This document shows, one piece after another, positions 1 through 9,749 of a stretch of 64,000 nt of DNA. Source of the stretch: Herbidospora yilanensis (GTDB lineage: Bacteria; Actinomycetota; Actinomycetes; Streptosporangiales; Streptosporangiaceae); the NCBI RefSeq assembly GCF_001570565.1, contig NZ_BBXE01000013.1, positions 264,984 through 328,983 on the forward strand. The letters are read 5' to 3'. The notes under the pieces are model-generated. The model searched no databases, was not told where the DNA came from, and worked only from the letters and a program-made list of their open reading frames with translations. The translations under genes were made by a program, and so were the position numbers. Each line of letters starts with the position of its first letter. The first letter of the stretch is position 1.

Positions 1-1899
1 GTGCTCCAGGTGGACGGCGGCGTCCTCGTGGGCGAACTGGCCGGAGGCGTGCCGCGCGGCGGCGCGGGCGTAGGTGATGGCCTTGGCCGCCATCCCCGAG
101 ATGACCAGGCCCTCGCGGTAGTGGTAGGCCAGCTCGCCCGGCTGGGTGCCCCGGCCTTCGAGCACGGCCGCGACCCTGGCGTGCATCCGGCGGCGGCGCA
201 ATGGGGCCAGGCCGTCGCGCAGCACGTCGCGCACGATGTCGTGACTGAAGGTGTAACTCAGCGACCGCTCGGTCAGCAGCCGGGCCTGCACCGCGGCGTC
301 GAGCACGTCGAGCACCTGGTCCTGCGGCAGGTCGAGCACGTCGAGCAGCACGCCCAACTCGGTCTCCCGGCCGATCAGGGCGGCGGCGCTCAGCACGTCG
401 TGGGCGCCCAGCGGCAGCGCGGCCAGCCGCCCGCGCAGCACCTCGGCCATCGCGCCCGGAGTGTCGCCCAGGCCGAGGAAGAACGGGTTGCCGCCGGTCC
501 GCCGCAGCTCCACCCCGGCCCGCAGCGGGTCGCCGCCCGAGCGGGCCAGGTATTCGGCCACCGCCTCCTCGGGCAGCCCGCCCAGGGTCACGCCCTCGAC
601 GTGGGACAGGCGGCGCAGCGCCGCCAGCACGCGGGCCAGCGGCTCACCGACCTCGGTGTCCCGGTACGTCGCCAGCACGGTCAGCCCCGGGCACGACCGC
701 GTGGTGGCCAGGAAGTCGAGCAGGCGCAGCGAGGAGGGGTCGGCCCACTGGAGGTCGTCGAGCACGACCACCGTCGGACCGGCCGCGTTGACCAGGCGGG
801 CGACGGCCTCGTACATGGGGAACTCGCCGGTGGCGGCGGTGATCTCGGCGAGCTCGCCGTCGCGGCCGGTCAGTTCGCGCAGCGCCGTCACCCACGGCCA
901 GAACGGCGGCGCGCCTCCCCCGTCCCAGCACCGCCCCACGACCACCCGCGCGCCGGTCGCGCGATGGGCGGCGGCCTCCACCAGGCTGGTCTTGCCGATG
1001 CCGGGCTCCCCGGCGACCAGCACGACCCGGTGCCCCGGCGCCTCGACGGCGGCGGCCAGCCGGGCCAGTTCGGCCGCGCGGCCCAGGATCTCCGCCTCCG
1101 GGGGCGGGGCGGCCAGGCGTACCGGAGCCGACGGGGAGAGCGCGGCGTCCTGGGCGAGGATGCGCGCCTCCAGCTCGCGGGTGCGCGGCTCGGGGTCGAG
1201 ACCGAGCTCGTCGACGAGCATCCGCCGCCCCTCGGCGAGCAGGGCCAGCGCGTCGGCCTGGCGGCCCGCCTGGTAGAGGGCGTGCGCGGCGTGTCTCCTG
1301 ACACGTTCTCTCGTCGGATACGCCGCCACCAGCCGCACCAGCTCCGGCACCAGCTCGGAGCCCCGGCCGAGGGCGAGGTCGGCCTCGTTGGCCTCCTCGA
1401 CGACGGTGAGCCGCAGCTCGTCGAGCGCGACGCGTTCCTCGCGCGCCCAGGGGAGGTTCTCGAACCCGGTCAGCGCGTCGCCGCGCCACTCGCTCAGGGC
1501 CAGCCGGAACTCCCGGGCCGCTTTCCCGGCGTCGCCCGCCGCGAGCAGCCGCCGCCCCTCGTCGACCCGCCCGGCCACCCGGCGCAGGTCGACGTCGCCG
1601 TCGGGGATGTCGAGGGCGTAGCCGCCGGCCCGCCCGACCAGGACGGCCGCGGCCCCCCGGCGCGACCGGCCCGGTTCGAGCACCCGCCGCAACTTCGAGA
1701 TGTACGCCTGGACGGTGTTGACCGCGCTGGTCGGCGGCTCCTCGTCCCACAGGGCGTCGATGATGCGCGTCACGGTCACCGGACGGGGTGAGGCCAGCAG
1801 GCAGAGCGCCAGCACCGACCGCTGTTGGAGCGGTCCGATGTCAAGGGCGACGCCGTCCGCGCCGATCACCGCGATGGGCCCGAGCACCCGGAATTCCAT
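1..1899 (-). CDS. BTAD/SARP-type transcriptional regulator with AAA ATPase domain (partial, C-terminus off window)
   Basis: Reverse-strand frame from ATG at 1899 reads MEFRVLGPIAVIGADGVALDIGPLQQRSVLALCLLA..., winged-helix/BTAD N-terminus, then Walker A VLVAGEPGIGKTSLVEAA; no stop before window edge. Confidence 0.85.
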   Translation of the reverse strand, partial: MEFRVLGPIAVIGADGVALDIGPLQQRSVLALCLLASPRPVTVTRIIDALWDEEPPTSAVNTVQAYISKLRRVLEPGRSRRGAAAVLVGRAGGYALDIPDGDVDLRRVAGRVDEGRRLLAAGDAGKAAREFRLALSEWRGDALTGFENLPWAREERVALDELRLTVVEEANEADLALGRGSELVPELVRLVAAYPTRERVRRHAAHALYQAGRQADALALLAEGRRMLVDELGLDPEPRTRELEARILAQDAALSPSAPVRLAAPPPEAEILGRAAELARLAAAVEAPGHRVVLVAGEPGIGKTSLVEAAAHRATGARVVVGRCWDGGGAPPFWPWVTALRELTGRDGELAEITAATGEFPMYEAVARLVNAAGPTVVVLDDLQWADPSSLRLLDFLATTRSCPGLTVLATYRDTEVGEPLARVLAALRRLSHVEGVTLGGLPEEAVAEYLARSGGDPLRAGVELRRTGGNPFFLGLGDTPGAMAEVLRGRLAALPLGAHDVLSAAALIGRETELGVLLDVLDLPQDQVLDVLDAAVQARLLTERSLSYTFSHDIVRDVLRDGLAPLRRRRMHARVAAVLEGRGTQPGELAYHYREGLVISGMAAKAITYARAAARHASGQFAHEDAAVHLEH

Positions 1900-1923
1900 T
1901 GGGGGATGCTACCGAAAAAAGGG

Positions 1924-3207
1924 TTAATGTCCGGCTCTGCGCAACAACCGGCGTGCCGGTCGAGGACCGGTGGTGCGCAACCAGATCTGGATGGCCGCGC
2001 CGCCCAGCGGCGACCGGTCGACCTTGAGGTGGCCGCCCGTCGACTCGGCCAGCCGGCGGGCGATGTCGAGCCCGAGACCGGTCGACCCCGCGCCGCTGTG
2101 GCCGCGCTTCAGCGCGCCCGCCGGATCGTCGATGCCGGGCCCCGCGTCGGCGATGAGGATGCCGACCATGCCGGACCCCTGGTGGAGGGTGACGGTGAAC
2201 GCGGTCCGTTCGGGGGTGTGCCGGAACACGTTGCCGAGGGTGGCGTCGATGACGGCGCTCAGATCGGCCGCCGCGACGGGGACCTTGGCGGGCTCCTCGG
2301 TGCCGTACAGATCCCACGGCCTGGCCTGGTCCTCGGCCAGCGCCGACCAGAAGGCGAGCCGCTCCTTCAGCACCGCGGCGGCGTCGCAGCCCTGCACCGG
2401 GCGGGAGGGCCGGCGTGCGGTCTCGATGATGGCGTCCACCTCGCGTTCGAGCCGGTCGACCTGCTCGGCGGCCGGGCCGTGGGTGCCGACGTGGAGGCGC
2501 AGGGCGGTGAGCGGGGTGCGCAGCCGGTGGGACAGGTCGGCCGCCAGTTCCCGCTCGGCCGCGAGCAGCCCGGCGACCTGGTCGGCCATGGTGTTGAAGG
2601 CCTGCCCGGCGGCGACCAGCTCGGGCGGCCCGGCGGGGGTGATGCGGACCGACAGGTCCCCGGCGCCGAGCGCGCCCGCGGCCTCGCCCAGGGACCGGGT
2701 CGCCTTCACCATCCGGGATCCGAGCCGGTCGGCCACCCCCACCGAGCCCGCGACCAGGGCGACGGCCACCCCGGTGAGGACCGCCCAGGAGGCGGCGACT
2801 CCCTCGCTGAGGGCGGCGTCGGGCACGTACACCTCGATGACCGCCCTTCTCCCCCGGTCGAGCGCGACCGGGCGGAGCACCGCGAACCCGCCCGCGACCT
2901 TGATGGTCTCGGCCCGCACGGTGGCGAGGTCGACGCCGCCGACCCGCGACACGCCGACCGAGGCCCCGTCGAGGTGGACGGCCAGCCGGCTCGCGCCCCC
3001 GGCGGCGGTGCTGGCCAGCGCCGGTTCGAGGCGGCCGGGATCGGTGGTGACGACGAGCGCCGGGACGATCATGCTGGCCTGTCGTTCGGCGTCGTTGAGC
3101 GCCCGGCTCTCGGCGGCCTGCTTGACGGCGGCGGCCAGCGGGATCAGGAACGCGAGCGCCACCATCGCCGTCACGGCCACGGCGACGAGCGCCAAGCTCC
3201 GGCGCAT
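1924..3207 (-). CDS. Sensor histidine kinase (HAMP-containing)
   Basis: MRRSLALVAVAVTAMVALAFLIPLAA..., HAMP-like segment, DLSHRLRTPLTALRLHVG (H box), GIGLDIARRLAE-like GTGLGLDIARR G box; overlaps the regulator stop. Confidence 0.9.
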   Translation of the reverse strand: MRRSLALVAVAVTAMVALAFLIPLAAAVKQAAESRALNDAERQASMIVPALVVTTDPGRLEPALASTAAGGASRLAVHLDGASVGVSRVGGVDLATVRAETIKVAGGFAVLRPVALDRGRRAVIEVYVPDAALSEGVAASWAVLTGVAVALVAGSVGVADRLGSRMVKATRSLGEAAGALGAGDLSVRITPAGPPELVAAGQAFNTMADQVAGLLAAERELAADLSHRLRTPLTALRLHVGTHGPAAEQVDRLEREVDAIIETARRPSRPVQGCDAAAVLKERLAFWSALAEDQARPWDLYGTEEPAKVPVAAADLSAVIDATLGNVFRHTPERTAFTVTLHQGSGMVGILIADAGPGIDDPAGALKRGHSGAGSTGLGLDIARRLAESTGGHLKVDRSPLGGAAIQIWLRTTGPRPARRLLRRAGH

Positions 3208-3887
3208 CAGACGCCGGGCGCGCTGAGCCGGACGCCGACCCCCCGCACCGTGTGGATGTACCGGGGACTCGACGCGCTCTCGCCGAGCTTGCGCCGCAAC
3301 CACGACAGGTGCACGTCGATCGTCTGGTCGTCGCCGTACGACTGCCGCCACACCTCGGTCAGCAGTTCCTTCCGCGAGACCACCCGGTCGGGCCGCGCCC
3401 CCAGATAGGCCAGCAGGTCGAACTCCCGGCGGGTCAGCTCCAGCGGTCTCCCGTCGAGCGCCGCCTCGCGCCGCGCCGGGTCGACGGTCAGCCCGCCGAT
3501 CCGGATCGGCGCCGTCGCCGGGGCGGTCCGCGCCCGCCGCAGCACCGCCTCGATGCGGGCGTTGAGATGGTCGCCGGAGAACGGCTTGACGAGATAGTCG
3601 TCGGCGCCGTCCCGCAGCAGCCGCACGATCTCGGCCTCGTCGTCGCGGGCCGTGGCGATGATGACCGGCACGTCGGAGATGGCCCGCAACATCTTCAGCG
3701 CCTCGGCCCCGTCGAGGTCGGGTAAGCCCAGGTCGAGCACGACCACGTCGGGCGGGAAGTGCGCGATGTCGCGCAGCGCGTCGAGAGCGCCGCCCGCGCT
3801 GCGCACGGCGTGGCTGCGGCCCCCCAGATCGCGGATGATCGCCGACCGGACGAACTCGTCGTCCTCCACCACCAGAACCGTCGCCAT
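3207..3887 (-). CDS. OmpR/PhoB-family response regulator
   Basis: MATVLVVEDDEFVRSAIIRDLGG...VVVLDLGLPDLDGAEALKML...LVKPFSGDHLNAR...; winged-helix C-terminus; 1-nt overlap with kinase start. Confidence 0.92.
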   Translation of the reverse strand: MATVLVVEDDEFVRSAIIRDLGGRSHAVRSAGGALDALRDIAHFPPDVVVLDLGLPDLDGAEALKMLRAISDVPVIIATARDDEAEIVRLLRDGADDYLVKPFSGDHLNARIEAVLRRARTAPATAPIRIGGLTVDPARREAALDGRPLELTRREFDLLAYLGARPDRVVSRKELLTEVWRQSYGDDQTIDVHLSWLRRKLGESASSPRYIHTVRGVGVRLSAPGV

Positions 3888-3940
3888 GGCCCCACACGTT
3901 ACGACACGTTTCGATGGTCTTTCGGGGATAATGCCGCCAT

Positions 3941-4477
3941 ATGCGTGCGATCGGGTACACCGTGGCGTGGTGCGGGGCCACCGCCCTCGCCGTCGGAGTG
4001 GCCTGGTTCGGCGTGAGCGGCGTCCTGCGCACGGCTCTCGGCGACGGAGAGCCGCTGACCCCGCTGGTGGTCGCGGCCCCGAACCTGGTGTCGGGCGTCC
4101 AGCGCGAACCTCCCCCCGCACCGGACGAGAAGGCGGCGCCACCTCCCGCTCCGAGCACGACGCCCACCCCGGCCCCCCGGCCCAGGAAGAAGCCCACCGC
4201 GAGCAGCCGCCCGACGCCCACGCGGAAGAGCCCGGTCCCCTCTCCGGCCGCGGCGGAGAGACTGCACACCTTCACCCTCAAGGGCGGCCGGGCGACGGTG
4301 GCCGTCGGGGAGGGCGACTGCCGGATCGTGTCGGCCACCCCGGCGGAGGGCTGGGAGCTCAAGACGTGGACGGAGCCCTACTGGCTGCGCGTCACGTTCC
4401 TGAAGGACGGCCGGGAGTCGTCGGCCTTCTGCACGTGGAACACGTTGCCCCCGAGGCTCGACACCTACGAGACGTGA
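3941..4477 (+). CDS. Hypothetical protein with N-terminal hydrophobic segment and Pro-rich linker
   Basis: 178-aa ORF MRAIGYTVAWCGATALAVGVAWFG..., between divergent regulator and convergent DUF305 gene, ends at a terminator-like hairpin. Confidence 0.6.
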   Translation: MRAIGYTVAWCGATALAVGVAWFGVSGVLRTALGDGEPLTPLVVAAPNLVSGVQREPPPAPDEKAAPPPAPSTTPTPAPRPRKKPTASSRPTPTRKSPVPSPAAAERLHTFTLKGGRATVAVGEGDCRIVSATPAEGWELKTWTEPYWLRVTFLKDGRESSAFCTWNTLPPRLDTYET

Positions 4478-4504
4478 AAGGGGGCGGCTCGGCCGCCCCC
4501 TTTC
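4476..4504. terminator. Strong hairpin between convergent genes (bidirectional terminator candidate)
   Basis: 13-bp perfect stem GAAAGGGGGCGGC / GCCGCCCCCTTTC with TCG loop, located between convergent stops at 4477 and 4515. Confidence 0.75.
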
Positions 4505-4514
4505 GCCTGAATCG

Positions 4515-5180
4515 CTACTTGAGCGACTTCTGGTACTTCTGCAGTTCCTTCAGGTGCTTCCGGCCCGACTCGATGATCGCGTTGGCCATCTGGATCCCGG
4601 GCCCGAACTCGCCGCCGGCCGTCTCCTCCTCGGCCAGGGCCAGCGCCCCCTTCTGGTGCTCGATCATCAACGCCACGAAGCGCTCGTCGAAGGCGGCCCC
4701 GGCCGACCCGGCCAGGTCGGCCATGTCCTTGTCCGAGATGAGCCCCGGCATCGGCTTCCCGCGCTCAAGCGGCTCCACCGCCCACTCCGACAACCATGCC
4801 TTCAACGTCTGCACCTCGGGCTCGCGCGCCGCCCGGATCTCGGCGGCGAAGTCGCGCACCCACTGGTCGCCGGCGGCGGTCGCGGCCAGCCCGGTCAGGT
4901 CGTAGGCCTGGAGGTTGTGGGTGATCAACGTCGAGGCGAAGGTCTTGTCCGTCTCGTTGGGCGCGGCGTCGGCGACGACGGCCGGCTCCTCGGTGGGCGT
5001 CGGCTCCTCGGCCGCCTCGGTCGCCTGGGGCTCCTGCGACGCCGTCACGGTGGGGATGGCGTCGGGGGTGGTAGGGGCGGCCGGGGGCGGCGTGGCGGCG
5101 GTGCCGCTCCCGGAGGAGCACCCGGAGATCAGGGCCACGGCCGCGAGGGCGGGCAGGGCGATCCGGCGGAAGGTCGTCAT
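4515..5180 (-). CDS. DUF305 family lipoprotein
   Basis: MTTFRRIALPALAAVALISGCSSG lipobox; ...FDERFVALMIEHQKGALALAEEE... DUF305 M-x-x-H-x-x-G-A motif. Confidence 0.85.
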   Translation of the reverse strand: MTTFRRIALPALAAVALISGCSSGSGTAATPPPAAPTTPDAIPTVTASQEPQATEAAEEPTPTEEPAVVADAAPNETDKTFASTLITHNLQAYDLTGLAATAAGDQWVRDFAAEIRAAREPEVQTLKAWLSEWAVEPLERGKPMPGLISDKDMADLAGSAGAAFDERFVALMIEHQKGALALAEEETAGGEFGPGIQMANAIIESGRKHLKELQKYQKSLK

Positions 5181-5412
5181 GGGGCGAGACCCTACCGAAA
5201 CCCACATAAGGGAGTGTTCAGCTAAAGGGCGAAGGGCCACAGACCGCCTGAATCGTGCCACTCAGCGAACTCTCCTAACTCTTTCGGTCAAACCATGGTG
5301 CGCTTCCGGAGCACGTGTTCTAACCTGCGACCATGCGCAAGTGGCCCGAAAATCGATGAAAGGTTTCATCCACTCGAAACCTCTGTTGACACGCACGAAA
5401 CAGTGATACGTT

Positions 5413-5430
5413 CTTGGGAGCGCTCCCAAG
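5413..5430. promoter_or_regulatory. LacI-family operator, perfect 18-bp palindrome CTTGGGAGCGCTCCCAAG
   Basis: Perfect palindrome with central CG (GAGCGCTC core) 36 bp upstream of a LacI-family gene; same core recurs at 8196-8207 and 8214-8225. Confidence 0.8.
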
Positions 5431-5466
5431 CCGCCGCGTGACACAATTCGGGCCTGAGGAGACCGG

Positions 5467-6471
5467 ATGGCCGATCTTCCCACCCTCGCAGAGGTAGCCG
5501 CCGCTGCTGGCGTCTCCCCGGCAACCGCTTCCCGAGTCCTGACGGGCTCGGTCAGAGTGACAACAAGCACCAGGCGACAGGTCCACGACGCCATGTCGCG
5601 CCTGGGGTACGTCCGCCGGAGAGCCCCCCGGGGTTCCACCGCGCGCCGTACGGACCAGATCGTCGCCGCAGTGGTCTGCGAACAGACGCCTCGGTTGTTC
5701 ACCGAGCCGTACTACGCACGACTGTTGTCGGCCGCCGAAGAGGTCTTCGCCGGCCACGGGGTACCCCTCGTGGTCATGACGGCCACTCCGGCGACCGCCG
5801 CGATCGCCGCTCCGCCACTGGTGGCGGGGGCCGTCGACGGGGTGCTGCTGATCGGGGCGCGGGCCCGCCACCCGCTCGCCGTGACGCTCGCCGCCTCGGG
5901 GATCCCGGTCCGCAGTGCCGGGCGTCCACCGGACGGCGTGGACCTCCCCTACGTCGACATGGACAATCGCGACGGTGGCCGCCAGGCCGCCGAACACCTG
6001 CTGCTGGGCAACCGCAGGGTGATCGCCACGATCGCCGGGCCGCCGACTCTCCCGGCGGCCAGGGACCGGCTCGACGGGTTCCGGGAGACCCTCCGCGACG
6101 CGGGGGTCACCGACATGCCCGTCGCGTACGGCGACTTCACCCACGCCTCGGGCGCGCACGCCATGCAATGGCTGCTGCAACGCGCACCCAGGCTGGACGC
6201 GGTGTTCGCCGCGTCCGACGTGATGGCGGCCGGCGCGATCCAGGCGCTGCGGCGGGCCGGGCGCAAGGTGCCCGACGACGTCGCGGTGGTCGGGTTCGAC
6301 GACGCCCCCATCGCCCGGCACACCTCGCCGACGCTCACCACGGTCCGCCAGCCCGTAGAGGAACAGGCGGCCCTGGCCGCCCGGATGCTCCTCATGGCCC
6401 TCGCCGAAGGCGAGTCGCCCAAGGGGAACCCCGTCCTGCCCACGGAACTGATCGTCCGTGAATCGACCTGA
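5467..6471 (+). CDS. LacI family transcriptional regulator
   Basis: MADLPTLAEVAAAAGVSPATASRVLTGSVRVTTSTRRQVHDAMSRLGYVRR... typical LacI HTH and periplasmic-binding-like domain. Confidence 0.93.
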   Translation: MADLPTLAEVAAAAGVSPATASRVLTGSVRVTTSTRRQVHDAMSRLGYVRRRAPRGSTARRTDQIVAAVVCEQTPRLFTEPYYARLLSAAEEVFAGHGVPLVVMTATPATAAIAAPPLVAGAVDGVLLIGARARHPLAVTLAASGIPVRSAGRPPDGVDLPYVDMDNRDGGRQAAEHLLLGNRRVIATIAGPPTLPAARDRLDGFRETLRDAGVTDMPVAYGDFTHASGAHAMQWLLQRAPRLDAVFAASDVMAAGAIQALRRAGRKVPDDVAVVGFDDAPIARHTSPTLTTVRQPVEEQAALAARMLLMALAEGESPKGNPVLPTELIVREST

Positions 6472-7897
6472 GCTGGCCGAAGGCGATGTCCTGACCCGTC
6501 GCTATCTGCTCCAGGAGCGGATAGCGACGGGCGGCATGTCGGTCATCTGGAAGGCGTTCGACCAGTCTCTCCAGCGGACCGTCGCCATCAAGCTGCTCGA
6601 CTCGTCCCTCGACGGCGACAACCCCGGCCGGGAACTCATCCGCCGGGAGGCCAGGGCGACGGCCCGGCTGATCCACCCCGACGCCATCGAGGTCTACGAC
6701 TACGGCGAGACCGTCACCCCCCGGGGACGCCTCGCCGCCTACGTCGTCATGCGCCTCCTGGAGGGCAGGTCCCTGGCCGACCGCCTGGCCGAGGGCCCGC
6801 TCCCCTGGGAGGAGGCCGCGGCCACGGCCGCCCGCCTGGCCCTGGTGCTCGCCGCCGCCCACGAACGCGGCATCGTGCACCGCGACGTGACGCCGGAGAA
6901 CGTCCTCCTCACCCCGGAGGGCGCCAAGCTGCTCGACTTCGGCATCGCCGCGTTCGCCGGCGAGGCCGACGACGAGCTGGTCAAGGACTTCGGCACGCCG
7001 CCATACGTGGCCCCGGAACGCCTCAGGGAGTTGCCCGCCGCCCCCGCGGTCGACGTCTACTCCCTGGGCGTCCTCCTGTACGAGATGCTCAAGGGCCGCC
7101 CGCCCTATCCCGAGACGACCTGGGAGGGCATCGAACAGGCCCGCCGCGACGGCCCGCCCCCGGGCCCCGACGGCGTGCCCGGCCTCCCTTCCGAGATCGC
7201 CGCCCTCTGCCGCCGCTGTCTGTCGCCCGACCCGACGGAACGCCCGAGCGCGCGTGAGGTCGCCGCCGCCCTGATGCCCGGAGAGGCCGAACGCGAGCCC
7301 GGCTGGGTCAAGTGGGGAGCCGCGGTGGCCGGGGTGCTGGCGCTCGGCGTCCTGCTCGTCCAGCAGCCGGGCACCCCGGCCGGCCTGGCCGCCGACATCA
7401 GCCTGAGCGTGACCCCCACCAGCCAGGCCACCGCCCGCACCCCCGCCGACCGCAGCGTCCCGGTGCTGGACCCGGCCCCCGAGGCGGCCGAACCCAGGGC
7501 CACCGACGCGGGCTCACCCCCGATCACGGAGGACGAGCCGGAGCCGCCGCCGAAGAGCCCGCCGCCCCGGCCGACCCCGCGTCCCGGGTCGACGCTGGGC
7601 CCCATCCCGCTGGCCAGCCCCGCCCCCGGCGTCCCGACCGTGAAGGAGGCGGCGGCGGAGTTCGACCGTCTGGTGGCCGAGGGCGGCAAGGCGGGCCACA
7701 TCATCGGCTACGCGGCCGACGACCTGCGGCTGGAACTGCGCAACATGATCGCCAACGACGACGCCGGCGCGATCGGGAACCTGCGGACGAAACTCGACGA
7801 CCGCCTGAGGGAGGAGGTCCTCACCCCGGCCTTCAAGACCCGCCTGGAAGGGGCCCTCGACCGTTTGGCGGCGGCCTTCGCCGCGAAGGGCGCCTGA
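6458..7897 (+). CDS. Serine/threonine protein kinase with C-terminal transmembrane/extracellular region
   Basis: RRYLLQERIATGGMSVIWKAFDQ...VAIKLL...HRDVTPENVLLT...LLDFGIA...; overlaps preceding stop; GTG start. Confidence 0.9.
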   Translation: MNRPELAEGDVLTRRYLLQERIATGGMSVIWKAFDQSLQRTVAIKLLDSSLDGDNPGRELIRREARATARLIHPDAIEVYDYGETVTPRGRLAAYVVMRLLEGRSLADRLAEGPLPWEEAAATAARLALVLAAAHERGIVHRDVTPENVLLTPEGAKLLDFGIAAFAGEADDELVKDFGTPPYVAPERLRELPAAPAVDVYSLGVLLYEMLKGRPPYPETTWEGIEQARRDGPPPGPDGVPGLPSEIAALCRRCLSPDPTERPSAREVAAALMPGEAEREPGWVKWGAAVAGVLALGVLLVQQPGTPAGLAADISLSVTPTSQATARTPADRSVPVLDPAPEAAEPRATDAGSPPITEDEPEPPPKSPPPRPTPRPGSTLGPIPLASPAPGVPTVKEAAAEFDRLVAEGGKAGHIIGYAADDLRLELRNMIANDDAGAIGNLRTKLDDRLREEVLTPAFKTRLEGALDRLAAAFAAKGA

Positions 7898-8195
7898 GCG
7901 ACGCCCCACAGAACAGTCCTCGGGCGTCTTCCACCTACGTTGCCGCGCTCTCAGAAAATGTCAGCCCCACCCGGGAGGCTCACTCCCCTGGGGCGGGCGG
8001 GCCGTTTCAATCGCCGGCCGCCCTTCATCCGGGCCGCGCTCCAAAAGCCCCCGCAAGCCCTCCGGAGTCCACTCCGTGGAACACCCGCTGGCGGACCTCG
8101 GTCCTGACCCGGCAGAGTAAAGCCAGATCGTGCGGGCCCCCGCACGTGTCCGCACGATCCGCGATTCCCTCCGCGCAAAACGCGCGATATCCCGT

Positions 8196-8226
8196 GGGAG
8201 CGCTCCCGTCAATGGGAGCGCTCCCA
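8196..8226. promoter_or_regulatory. Tandem LacI-type operators upstream of mscL
   Basis: GGGAGCGCTCCC at 8196-8207 and TGGGAGCGCTCCCA at 8213-8226, centres 18 bp apart, same palindrome core as at 5416-5427. Confidence 0.75.
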
Positions 8227-8347
8227 GAATAAGCGTGTGTTTCATGCCCGTATCGCCTCGGTTGCCGGACCCACCCTTCACCTTCCCGCAAGCCTGCCGA
8301 ATCTTTCGTACGGATTCTGCGCCTTTCATTGGGTAGCCTGCGGGCCC

Positions 8348-8773
8348 ATGAGCGGATTCAAAAAATTCCTCCTCCGCGGCAACATCGTGGAGCTGGCGGT
8401 CGCCGTGGTCATCGGCGCCGCCTTCGGCGGTCTCGTCCAGGCCGTGGTCGCCGACTTCATCACTCCCCTGGTCAAGGCCATCACCGGCGGCGCCGAGCAG
8501 AGCTTCGGCGAGCTCAAGTTCACCGTCAACGGCAGCGACTTCGCCTACGGCCACTTCCTCAACACCCTGTTGAGCTTCGTGATCATCTCGGCGGTCGTCT
8601 ACTGGCTGGTGGTCACCCCCATGACCCGGCTGGTCGCCATGTTCGAGAAGGACAAGGTCGCCACAGAGAAGAAGTGCCCGGAATGTCTGAGCGACGTACC
8701 CGTCGAGGCCCGCAGGTGTGCCTTCTGCACGAGTGACCTGACCCCGGCGGCGGCCGAGCGGCCGGCCATGTAA
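8348..8773 (+). CDS. mscL: Large-conductance mechanosensitive channel MscL
   Basis: MSGFKKFLLRGNIVELAVAVVIGAAFGGLVQAVVADFITPLVKAI...; C-terminal Cys-rich tail CPECLSDVPVEARRCAFCTSDL. Confidence 0.93.
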   Translation: MSGFKKFLLRGNIVELAVAVVIGAAFGGLVQAVVADFITPLVKAITGGAEQSFGELKFTVNGSDFAYGHFLNTLLSFVIISAVVYWLVVTPMTRLVAMFEKDKVATEKKCPECLSDVPVEARRCAFCTSDLTPAAAERPAM

Positions 8774-8884
8774 GAGTTCGGGCATAAGGCCGGCGTAAAA
8801 GTTGTAAGCGGCGTGAAAGGCCGCCGCAAGTGGGCTTCCCTAGTGTCCCGTCTCGTCAAAGACAACTAGGAAGGCACTCTCCCA

Positions 8885-9253
8885 ATGAAGACCGCTCGCC
8901 TCATCCTCGTCGCCGGTGCGACCTCCCTCCTCATGGGCGTCGCCGCGTGTGGCGGTGGCTCGAACACGACCGAGGTCTGCAACGAGGCCATGAAGGCGTT
9001 CACCGACTACAGCACCAAGGTCGGCCAGGCCGCCGGAAACCTCGACGGGATCAACACCGAGACCCAGGCCCTCGCCACCCAGCTGAAGGGCCTGGCCGAC
9101 AAGGCCGACGGCGACCTCAAGTCGTCGCTCACCAAGATGGCCGACACGTGGGCCGCCCTCAAGATCGACCCGGCGAACCCCTCGGCGATCACGGAGTTCG
9201 CCACCAAGACCTCCGAGGCCACCCAGGAACTCGGCGTCGCCTGCGCCGGCTGA
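8885..9253 (+). CDS. Small hypothetical lipoprotein
   Basis: MKTARLILVAGATSLLMGVAACGGGSN lipobox, 122 aa. Confidence 0.65.
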   Translation: MKTARLILVAGATSLLMGVAACGGGSNTTEVCNEAMKAFTDYSTKVGQAAGNLDGINTETQALATQLKGLADKADGDLKSSLTKMADTWAALKIDPANPSAITEFATKTSEATQELGVACAG

Positions 9254-9471
9254 CGCCCACCCGCACCGCCGGGCCGCCACGACGGCCCGGCGGGGAACAA
9301 CCTTCTCTCCGTTACGGCTCCGCCCACCCCGGCACCGCCCGCCGCCCCCCTCCTGACCGCCCCCGGCGCCAACCGGCCGCGCACCCCCACCCCGCAACGC
9401 CTGCCCGACAAGAGGCCGAGCGATCCGGGGAGATCAGCCCGCCCACGAGCAGGCCCGGCCGGAGAAGACCG

Positions 9472-9749
9472 CGCCGCGGCCGAAGACCAAGAGGGAACGG
9501 CGTCAGGGCCCAAGACCCACCCGGAACGACATCGGGACCGAAGACCAGCAGGCGACCATGCCGGAGCCGAAAGCCCACAGGACACGGCGTCGGGCCGAAG
9601 ACCCACGGGCAACCCCCTCGGGGCCTGGAACGGCATCGGGACCGAAGACCGGCAGGCGACCGCGTCGGGGCCGAAGCCCACAGGGAACGACGTCGGGGCG
9701 CCCAAGGCCAGAACCGGCCACGTCCCACCGCCGAGGGCCCACGGGACCA
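9472..9749. repeat. Degenerate tandem repeat, period 28-30 bp, about 9 units
   Basis: Units such as GCGTCAGGGCCCAAGACCCACCCGGAACG, ACATCGGGACCGAAGACCAGCAGGCGACC, GCATCGGGACCGAAGACCGGCAGGCGACC, GCGTCGGGGCCGAAGCCCACAGGGAACG; head-to-tail without spacers, one longer 46-nt interval at 9587-9632. Confidence 0.7.

Noticed and set aside
1-1791. 596-aa forward ORF at window start
   Set aside because: Antisense to the BTAD/AAA regulator; low-complexity sequence.
9472-9749. Possible CRISPR array
   Set aside because: Repeats are head-to-tail and degenerate with no unique spacers; no cas genes anywhere in the window.
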